Positions 9,467 to 19,800 of a stretch of 64,000 nucleotides of DNA are shown piece by piece. Origin of the DNA: Candidatus Oxydemutatoraceae bacterium (GTDB lineage: Bacteria > Pseudomonadota > Gammaproteobacteria > Poriferisulfidales > Oxydemutatoraceae); assembly GCA_965218975.1 (NCBI GenBank), contig OZ244717.1, positions 704,001 through 768,000 on the forward strand, given 5' to 3'. The position numbers were made by a program, and so were the translations under genes. Position 1 is the stretch's first letter, and every line of letters starts with the position of its first letter. The notes below the pieces were generated by a model. It was given only the letters and a program-made list of their open reading frames with translations, made no database searches and had not been told where the DNA came from.

Positions 9467-10804
9467 TGTATAGCGCCGGATACATACGGGACTTACGGCT
9501 TAATCTAAATCGGTTTGTCGTTTCAGGGGAAACTACGGACCGTCGGCCGGTAACATTTTGTGTCGCCGGGTTCAACGCCTTGCAAGACCGCGGCAAAACG
9601 CCGCGCAAGAGGCGCTGGCGGGTCCGGACAGAATCTCGGCAGCAGTAAAATCTTTGAGCTAATGAAACCGTTTTATGTTTGCTGGTGGATTTTCAGCAAA
9701 GTGCCTGTCGTCCATGACGCGACTGGGTTCTGTCAACAAGCCCCAGCCCCGACGTCCTTGTCGGGTCGTTCACCGCTGAAAACCAATTGGTTTTCCGGGC
9801 GCGTCTCACCCATGACGAGACTTGGTTCTGTTAATGAGCACCAGCCCCGACATCCTTGTCGGGTCGTTCACCGCTGAAAACCAATTGGTTTTCCGGGCGC
9901 GTCTCACCCTGCGCCAAGCTCATTCGAATCTCGGCAGCAGTAAAATCTTTGAGCTGATGAAACCGTTTTGTGTTTGCTGGTGGATTTTCAGCAAAGTGCC
10001 TGTCGTCCATGACGCGACTGGGTTCTGTCAACAAGCCCCAGCCCCGACATCCTTGTCGGGTCGTTCACCGCTGAAAACCAATTGGTTTTCCGGGCGCGTC
10101 TCACCCTGCGCCAAGCTCATTCGAATCTCGGCAGCAGTAAAATCTTTGAGCTGATGAAACCGTTTTGTGTTTGCTGGTGGATTTTCAGCAAAGTGCCTGT
10201 CGTCCATGACGCGACTGGGTTCTGTTAATGAGCACCAGCCCCGACGTCCTTGTTGGGTCGTTCGCCGCTGAAAACCGATCGGTTTTCCGGGCGCGTCTCA
10301 CCCTGCGCCAAGCTCATTCGAATCTCGGCAGCAGTAAAATCTTTGAGCTGATGAAACCGTTTTGTGTTTGCTGGCGGATTTTCAGCAAAGTGCCTGTCGT
10401 CCATGACGCGACTGGGTTCTGTCAACAAGCCCCAGCCCCGACGTCCTTGTCGGGTCGTTCGCCGCTGAAAACCGATCGGTTTTCCGGGCGCGTCTCACCC
10501 TGCGCCAAGCTCATTCGAATCTCGGCAGCAGTAAAATCTTTGAGCTGATGAAACCGTTTTGTGTTTGCTGGCGGATTTTCAGCAAAGTGCCTGTCGTCCA
10601 TGACGCGACTGGGTTCTGTCAACAAGCCCCAGCCCCGACGTCCTTGTCGGGTCGTTCGCCGCTGAAAACCGATCGGTTTTCCGGGCGCGTCTCACCCTGC
10701 ACTGTCCTCATGCCGGCAACGGACAGAAAGCACCGATCCGAATGTTGCTGCCGAACGCTTCTCCCGAAGCTCTTTAAAAATCCCATTTAGGGTGGCATCG
10801 TACA
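9467..10804 (+). mobile_element. Decayed IS481-like element containing the 197-bp tandem array
   Basis: Left end TGTATAGCGCCGGATACATACGGGA; ALQDRGKTPRKRR fragment; C-terminal LH(C)PHAGNGQKAP fragment; right end TCCCATTTAGGGTGGCATCGTACA. Confidence 0.72.
9631..10695 (+). repeat. Tandem array A'-B-B-(A-B)x4, period 197 bp
   Basis: B at 9712-9809, 9810-9907, 10007-10104, 10204-10301, 10401-10498, 10598-10695; near-identical A units between. Confidence 0.92.
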
Positions 10805-10813
10805 TCCGAATGC

Positions 10814-10822
10814 TGCTATACT
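10814..10822 (+). promoter_or_regulatory. Candidate extended -10 promoter (TGcTATACT)
   Basis: TGnTATAcT 10 bp after IS end and ~37 bp before ATG; GAGGGAG RBS at 10848-10854. Confidence 0.4.
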
Positions 10823-10858
10823 ATAGAGTGTCATGACATAACTTTATGAGGGAGTTTT

Positions 10859-13800
10859 ATGCTGCGTAATATCGCTCTCATGCAAGTAGTTCTACTGGAT
10901 AAGAACAGTAAAATTCTTTTGCTTGGTGTTTTGTCAGGTTTATTTTTAGCAGGAACGAGGTTGCAAGCGCAAGAGACGAGCGATACTTTAACCATCATGA
11001 CCATGTCGGTTGACCCGGCATTAAACGCTTTTGAGGAGAGTGTCACTGTAAAGGAACATCAGCCTTTCTTAGTTTTCACGACATATACCGCGCAAAGGCT
11101 AGCGACTGAAAGCATGAATTTGAGCCTTGAAGTCACTCGGGAGGACAGTACAGTTTTGCCTGCCGGGGATCTCCCCGACGACGGTTTGAGAAAAACCCTG
11201 ACAGTAACCACTGGGACGACGACACAGTCTTTTCTGCAGCTGGGGTTTGCACCGGACTTAGACGAGAATGCGGATTATCAGTACCGTTACTGCGCGGCGA
11301 ATGGTACCTGTTCGTCTACGTTGACGGTGAGTTACTTAACGGCTGAAGCGCCGACGACTGATGTCACGGCAATCAGTCCGCGCTGGAAGGATGTCCTCAG
11401 CGATCAGAGTGTAATCACCGGCGACTGTTTTATAGGTTCGAACGTTGAGACGGTTGCAAATCTCACCCAAGAAAATAACACAGTCCGCTTCGGGCGTATA
11501 GCTCGCGTTGATAACATGCTTCCGCCGCGCGGCGGTGTGTCGGGTTTGATGTATTCATTTGGGTTTCTCGAGGATGATTTTTCCGATGGTACTTATGGCG
11601 AGATTGCTTCTGGCAGCTTTGACGCCTCAAAGCAGGAGTTAGCGCTTAGCGCCAAATGGTGGTGGACCAACGGTTCGGATTCGGCAGAACCGACGTGTTC
11701 GGGTAGTTACACGAGGACTTTAACGCCGTTGCCGGCAACCGTTCCTGAAACCGCGACGACGCCTAGCGCTCCGCTAGACGTGCAGGTGCAAGTGCCTGAA
11801 GAGCCGTTTAGAGTAGTTACTTGGTCTGTGCCGGATAATGACGGAGGAGCGCCGATTACCGCTTATCGCATTTACTGGAGAAAAACCGACGAACAACAAG
11901 AGCAATCAGAGGTGGTTTTCACAAATATCCATTCCTTTTTAATAGAAATTGATCCCGATGCGGGTTATGTATTTGCGGTGACGGCATGGAATGAGCTTGG
12001 TGAAGGTGAACGAAGCGCTGCCGTCTCGCCGCCGGCATCGCCGATATCTTTGACCGCGACGCCGGGCAACGAGGGGGTAGGATTGGAGTGGGCGCCGCCG
12101 GGAGATATCGGCGGCAGCGCAATCACGCATTATCAATATCGGCAGAGAGCCGGCAGCGAGGATTTCGGTCAATGGATAAATATTCCGGACAGCGATGATG
12201 CAGACAGCAACGCCGGTAACGAGACGCGTTCTACGGTCACCAGTTTGACGAACGGCATCGCATACACCTTCCAAGTGCGCGCGGTCAACGTCGCGGGCGC
12301 GGGCGAGGCAACCGACGAAGTAACGACGATTGCGGGAGAGGTTGGCATTTGCGATCGCACACCGCAGGTTCAAGAGGCGATTCTCAACGCGCTTCCCAGC
12401 GTAACCGACTGTACGGTGGTAGCCCATATCAATCTGAACTCCCTCACCGGGGAGTTAGACTTGATCGGCAAAGGAATTACTGCTCTGAAGGTAGGAGACT
12501 TCGTCGGACTCGCTACTCTGACAACGCTGGGTTTGGGGGCCAATCAATTAACGAGTCTGCCTGCGGGCGTATTTGATGATCTTATCTCTTTGACAACGCT
12601 GGGTTTGGGGACCAATCAATTAACGAGTCTGCCTCCGCGCATATTTAATGATCTCAGCTCTTTGACAACGCTGGATTTGGGGTCCAATCAATTAACGAGT
12701 CTGCCTCCGCGCGTATTTGATGATCTCAGCTCTTTGACAGAGCTGGATTTGGGGTCCAATCAATTAACGAGTCTGCCTCCGCGCATATTTGATGATCTCA
12801 GCTCTTTGACAGAGCTGGATTTGGGGTCCAATCAATTATCGAGTCTGCCTGCGAGCGTATTTGATGATCTTGGCTTTTTGATAATGCTGGATTTGGGGTC
12901 CAATCAATTATCGAGTCTGCCTGCGGGCGTATTTGATGATCTTGGCTTTTTGATAATGCTGGGTTTGGGGTCCAATCAATTATCGAGTCTGCCTGTGGGC
13001 ATATTTGATGATCTTGGCTCTTTGAGGACGCTGTTTTTAGATAGAAACAAATTATCAAGTCTGCCTGCGGGCATATTTGATTCTCTAAGCTCGCTGGAGA
13101 TTCTAATTTTGAACGTTAACGCGTTAACGGAGATGGGGTTGCCCGACAGCATATTCGAGCGCCTCACGTCGCTTATAATAATTAGTTTTTTCAGCAATCC
13201 CGGCAGTGACTCCTTCGTACCGTCGGCGGATGCCGGGTCCAACCGGACCGTTGACGTCGGCGAAGTCGTTATGCTGGATGCTACCGCTACCGACGCCGGT
13301 CCGTTCGGGAGCAACGTGAGCTTCGCATGGTTGCAGGACGAAAGCGATAGCGTGTCTGTGACGTTAACTGCTACCGCTACCGTTATGCCGACGTTTACCG
13401 TGCCGGCAGGCACGCCGGACGGGACGATGTTCCGATTCGATCTGGAAGTGATCGGCGGGAATAAGTTTGGGACTCTTGATGATTCGTTTCGACAGGGTCT
13501 GACCGACCGCGACTCAGTGAGGGTAACGGTTAGAATACCGCCTGGCGCGCCAACGTCCTTGACGGCAACGCCGGGTAACGGGCAGGTAGAATTGGGGTGG
13601 GTACCGGGCGACGTCGGCGGCAGCGCGATCACGCATTACCAATATCGGCAGAGAGCCGCCGGCGAGGGTTTCGGCGCTTGGACGAATATCTCGGACAGCG
13701 ACGATGCGGGCAGCAACGCCGGCAACGAGACGCGTTCTATAGTCACTAGTCTGACAAACGGCGTCGCATACACCTTCCAAGTGCGTGCGGTCAACGCCGC

Positions 13801-16800
13801 GGGCGCGGGCGAGGCGACAAACAGAGTAACGGCGATTGCAGGAACGGGCTTTGGCATTTGCGCCCGTACGCCGGTGGTTCAAGGGAGGATTCTCCGCCGA
13901 CTTTCCAGCAGAACCGACTGTGCGGCGGTAACCGAGGCCGATCTGAACTCCCTCGCCGGGGAGTTGGACTTGTCCGAAAGAAGGATTACCGGTCTGAGGG
14001 TGGGGGACTTTAATGATCTCGGCTCTTTGACAACGCTGGATTTGCAGGATAATCAATTATCGAGTCTACCTGCGGGCATATTTGATGATCTCGGCTCTTT
14101 GATAACGCTGGATTTGGAGTTCAATCAATTGTCGAGTCTGCCTGCGGGCGTATTTGATTCTCTAAACTCACTGGAGACTCTAAATTTGAGGGTTAACGCG
14201 TTGAGGAAGGCAGGGTTGCCCGACGACATATTTGATAATCTTGGCTCTTTAACAGAACTGGATTTTGGGTTCAATCAATTGTCGAGTCTGCCTGTGGACA
14301 TATTTGATTTTCTAAGCTCACTGAAGACTCTAAAATTGAACTCTAACAGGTTGACGGAGAGAGGGTTGCCCGACGGCATATTTGATAATCTTGGCTCTTT
14401 GACAACGCTGGATTTGGGGTTCAATCGATTCCCGAGTCTGCCTGCGAGCATATTTGATGATCTTGCCGCTCTGACAACGCTGGATTTGGCGGCCAATCAA
14501 TTGTCGAGTCTGCCTGAAGACATATTTGACGATCTTGATTCTTTGACAACGCTGGATTTGGAGGATAATCGATTATCGAGTCTGCCTGCGGGCATATTTG
14601 ATGATCTTAGCTCTTTGAGAATGCTGTTTTTGACTAGAAACGGATTATCGAGTCTGCCCGACGGCATATTCGAGCGCCTCACGTCGCTTGAAGAAATTAC
14701 TCTGGGCCGCAATCCCGGCAGTGACTCCTTCATACCGTCGGCGGATGCCGGCTTCGACCGGTTAGCTGGCGCTGGCGAAGTTGTTATGCTGGATGCTACT
14801 GCCACCGACGGCGGTCCGTTCGGGAGCAACCTGAGCTTCGCGTGGTCGCAGAACGAAAGCGATAGCACGCCTGTGACGCTGACCGGCGCCGATACCGCCA
14901 CACCCACATTCACCGTACCGGCGGACGTGCCGGACGGGACCGTGTTTCGATTCAATCTGACAGTAACCGGCGGGAATAAGTTTGGGACTCTCAATGATTC
15001 GTCTCGACGGAATCTGACCGACCGCGACTCGGTGAGGGTAACGGTTATGACGCCACCCGGCGCGCTGACGTCTTTGACGGCAACACCGGGTAACGGGCAG
15101 GTAGAATTAGAGTGGGTACCGGGCGGCGCCGGCGGCAGTGCGATCACGCGTTATGAATATCGGCAGAGATCTGCCGGCGAGGATTTCGGCGCTTGGATAA
15201 ATATCCCTGACGGTGATGATGTGGACAGCGCCGCCGACAACGAGACGTATTTTACGATAACCGGTCTGACGAACGGCATCGCATACACTTTCCAAGTGCG
15301 CGCGGTCAACGCTGCGGGCGCGGGCGCCGCTTTGAGCACGGTTTCCGTTACCTTGCCCAAAATAGGGCAAGAAGCAAGCGATATAGCCGTCTTGACCGCA
15401 TCGTCCAATTTGGCATTAGACACTAGGGATATCACCGTCAGCGAACATCAACCTTTCTTAGTTTTCACGACATATACCACGCAAAGGCCATCGACTGAAA
15501 GCATGAATTTGAGCCTTGAAGTTACTCGGGAGGACAGTACAGTTTTGTCTGCCGGGGATCTCCCCGATGACGGTTTGAGAAAAACCCTGTTAGTAACCAC
15601 TGGGACGACGACACAGTCTTTTCTGCAGCTGGGGTTTGCACCGGACTTAGACGAGAATGCGGATTATCAGTACCGTTACTGCGCGGCGAATGGTACCTGT
15701 TCGTCTACGTTGACGGTGAGTTACTTAACGGCTGAAGCGCCGACGACTGATGTCACGGCAATCAGCCCGCGCTGGAAGGATGCCCTCAGCGATCAGAGTG
15801 TAATCACTGGCAACTGTTCGGCAGGTTTGAACGTTGAGACAGTTGCAAATCTCACCCAAGAAAATAACACAGTTCGCTTCGGCGATATAGCTCCCGCTGA
15901 TAACGTGCTTCCGCCGCGTGGCGGTGTGTCGGGTTTGATGTATTCATTTGGTTTTCTCAACGATGATTTTTCCGGCGGTACTTATGGCGAGATTGCTTCC
16001 GGCAACTTTGACGCCTCAAAGCAAGAGTTGGTGCTTAGCGCCAAATGGTGGTGGACCAACGGTTCGGATTCGGCAGAACCGACGTGTTCGGGTAGTTACA
16101 CTAGTACTTTAACGCCGTTGCCGACAACCGTTCCTGAAACCGCGACGACGCCTAGTGCTCCGCTAAATTTGCAGGTGCAGGTGTTCGAGGAGTTTCCCGG
16201 GGTATTGATCACTTGGTCCGCACCGGATGACGGAGGAGCGCCGATTACCGATTACCGCGTTTACTGGAGAAGGACCGACGAACAACAAGAGCAGTCAAAG
16301 ACGGTTTTTCCAAGTAACAATCAGTACTTCCTAGCAGGAATTGATCCCGATGCAGATTATGCATTTGCGGTGACGGCATGGAATGAGCTCGGTGAAGGTG
16401 AACGAAGCACTATCGATACTTTAACCATTATGACTACGTCGGTTGACCCGGCATTAAACGCTTTTGAGGAGAGTGTCACTGTAAAGGAACATCAGCCTTT
16501 CTTAGTTTTCACGACATATACCGCGCAAAGGCTAGCGACTGAAAGCATGAATTTGAGCCTTGAAGTCACTCGGGAGGACAGTACAGTTTTGCCTGCCGGG
16601 GATCTCCCCGACGACGGTTTGAGAAAAACCCTGACAGTAACCACTGGGACGACGACACAGTCTTTTCTGCAGCTGGGGTTTGCACCGGACTTAGACGAGA
16701 ATGCGGATTATCAGTACCGTTATTGCGCGGCGAGTGGTACCTGTTCGTCTACGTTGACGGTGAGTTACTTAACGGCTGAAGCGCCGACGACTGATGTCAC

Positions 16801-19800
16801 GGCAATCAGTCCGCGCTGGAAGGATGTCCTCAGCGATCAGAGTGTAATCACCGGCGACTGTTTTATAGGTTCGAACGTTGAGACGGTTGCAAATCTCACC
16901 CAAGAAAATAACACAGTCCGCTTCGGGCGTATAGCTCGCGTTGATAACATGCTTCCGCCGCGCGGCGGTGTGTCGGGTTTGATGTATTCATTTGGGTTTC
17001 TCGCCGATGATTTTTCCGATGGTACTTATGGCGAGATTGCTTCTGGCAGCTTTGACGCCTCAAAGCAGGAGTTAGCGCTTAGCGCCAAATGGTGGTGGAC
17101 CAACGGTTCGGATTCGGCAGAACCGACGTGTTCGGGTAGTTACACGAGGACTTTAACGCCGTTGCCGGCAACCGTTCCTGAAACCGCGACGACGCCTAGC
17201 GCTCCGCTAGACGTGCAGGTGCAAGTGCCTGAAGAGCCGTTTAGAGTAGTTACTTGGTCTGTGCCGGATAATGACGGAGGAGCGCCGATTACCGCTTATC
17301 GCATTTACTGGAGAAAAACCGACGAACAACAAGAGCAATCAGAGGTGGTTTTCACAAATATCCATTCCTTTTTAATAGAAATTGATCCCGATGCGGGTTA
17401 TGTATTTGCGGTGACGGCATGGAATGAGCTTGGTGAAGGTGAACGAAGCGCTGCCGTCTCGCCGCCGGCATCGCCGATATCTTTGACCGCGACGCCGGGC
17501 AACGAGGAGGTAGGATTGGAGTGGGCGCCGCCGGGAGATATCGGCGGCAGCGCAATCACGCATTATCAATATCGGCAGAGAGCCGGCAGCGAGGATTTCG
17601 GTCAATGGATAAATATCCCGGACAGCGATGATGCAGACAGCAACGCCGGTAACGAGACGCGTTCTACGGTCACCAGTTTGACGAACGGCATCGCATACAC
17701 CTTCCAAGTGCGCGCGGTCAACGTCGCGGGCGCGGGCGAGGCAACCGACGAAGTAACGACGATTGCGGGAGAGGTTGGCATTTGCGATCGCACACCGCAG
17801 GTTCAAGAGGCGATTCTCAACGCGCTTCCCAGCGTAACCGACTGTACGGTGGTAGCCCATATCAATCTGAACTCCCTCACCGGGGAGTTAGACTTGATCG
17901 GCAAAGGAATTACTGCTCTGAAGGTAGGAGACTTCGTCGGACTCGCTACTCTGACAACGCTGGGTTTGGGGGCCAATCAATTAACGAGTCTGCCTGCGGG
18001 CGTATTTGATGATCTTATCTCTTTGACAACGCTGGGTTTGGGGGCCAATCAATTAACGAGTCTGCCTGCGGGCGTATTTGATGATCTTATCTCTTTGACA
18101 ACGCTGGGTTTGGGGACCAATCAATTAACGAGTCTGCCTCCGCGCATATTTAATGATCTCAGCTCTTTGACAACGCTGGATTTGGGGTCCAATCAATTAA
18201 CGAGTCTGCCTCCGCGCGTATTTGATGATCTCAGCTCTTTGACAGAGCTGGATTTGGGGTCCAATCAATTAACGAGTCTGCCTCCGCGCATATTTGATGA
18301 TCTCAGCTCTTTGACAGAGCTGGATTTGGGGTCCAATCAATTATCGAGTCTGCCTGCGAGCGTATTTGATGATCTTGGCTTTTTGATAATGCTGGATTTG
18401 GGGTCCAATCAATTATCGAGTCTGCCTGCGGGCGTATTTGATGATCTTGGCTTTTTGATAATGCTGGGTTTGGGGTCCAATCAATTATCGAGTCTGCCTG
18501 TGGGCATATTTGATGATCTTGGCTCTTTGAGGACGCTGTTTTTAGATAGAAACAAATTATCAAGTCTGCCTGCGGGCATATTTGATTCTCTAAGCTCGCT
18601 GGAGATTCTAATTTTGAACGTTAACGCGTTAACGGAGATGGGGTTGCCCGACAGCATATTCGAGCGCCTCACGTCGCTTATAATAATTAGTTTTTTCAGC
18701 AATCCCGGCAGTGACTCCTTCGTACCGTCGGCGGATGCCGGGTCCGACCGGACCGTTGACGTCGGCGAAGTCGTTATGCTGGATGCTACCGCTACCGACG
18801 CCGGTCCGTTCGGGAGCAACGTGAGCTTCGCATGGTTGCAGGACGAAAGCGATAGCGTGTCTGTGACGTTAACTGCTACCGCTACCGTTATGCCGACGTT
18901 TACCGTGCCGGCAGGCACGCCGGACGGGACGATGTTCCGATTCGATCTGGAAGTGATCGGCGGGAATAAGTTTGGGACTCTTGATGATTCGTTTCGACAG
19001 GGTCTGACCGACCGCGACTCAGTGAGGGTAACGGTTAGAATACCGCCTGGCGCGCCAACGTCCTTGACGGCAACGCCGGGTAACGGGCAGGTAGAATTGG
19101 GGTGGGTACCGGGCGACGTCGGCGGCAGCGCGATCACGCATTACCAATATCGGCAGAGAGCCGCCGGCGAGGGTTTCGGCGCTTGGACGAATATCTCGGA
19201 CAGCGACGATGCGGGCAGCAACGCCGGCAACGAGACGCGTTCTATAGTCACTAGTCTGACAAACGGCGTCGCATACACCTTCCAAGTGCGTGCGGTCAAC
19301 GCCGCGGGCGCGGGCGAGGCGACAAACAGAGTAACGGCGATTGCAGGAACGGGCTTTGGCATTTGCGCCCGTACGCCGGTGGTTCAAGGGAGGATTCTCC
19401 GCCGACTTTCCAGCAGAACCGACTGTGCGGCGGTAACCGAGGCCGATCTGAACTCCCTCGCCGGGGAGTTGGACTTGTCCGAAAGAAGGATTACCGGTCT
19501 GAGGGTGGGGGACTTTAATGATCTCGGCTCTTTGACAACGCTGGATTTGCAGGATAATCAATTATCGAGTCTACCTGCGGGCATATTTGATGATCTCGGC
19601 TCTTTGATAACGCTGGATTTGGAGTTCAATCAATTGTCGAGTCTGCCTGCGGGCGTATTTGATTCTCTAAACTCACTGGAGACTCTAAATTTGAGGGTTA
19701 ACGCGTTGAGGAAGGCAGGGTTGCCCGACGACATATTTGATAATCTTGGCTCTTTAACAGAACTGGATTTTGGGTTCAATCAATTGTCGAGTCTGCCTGT

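Noticed and set aside
9940-10104. Hammerhead ribozyme (CTGATGA ... GAAA in the 197-bp unit)
   Set aside because: No stem II closing onto GAAA and no NUH triplet before a stem I partner; CTGATGA falls in transposase-derived codons (ELMK)
10007-10104. B as a tRNA or group II intron domain V/VI
   Set aside because: Cloverleaf-like but lacks T-loop/D-loop consensus and CCA. AGC..GTT pairing and the AY end are suggestive, but spacing does not fit domain V and there is no intron body or RT
9631-10695. CRISPR array
   Set aside because: Units are 98/99 bp and near-identical with no unique spacers; no cas genes in the window
8008-10790. Short ORFs across the A/B arrays as real genes
   Set aside because: They are chimeric readings of repeats with frames shifting every unit (197 is not a multiple of 3)
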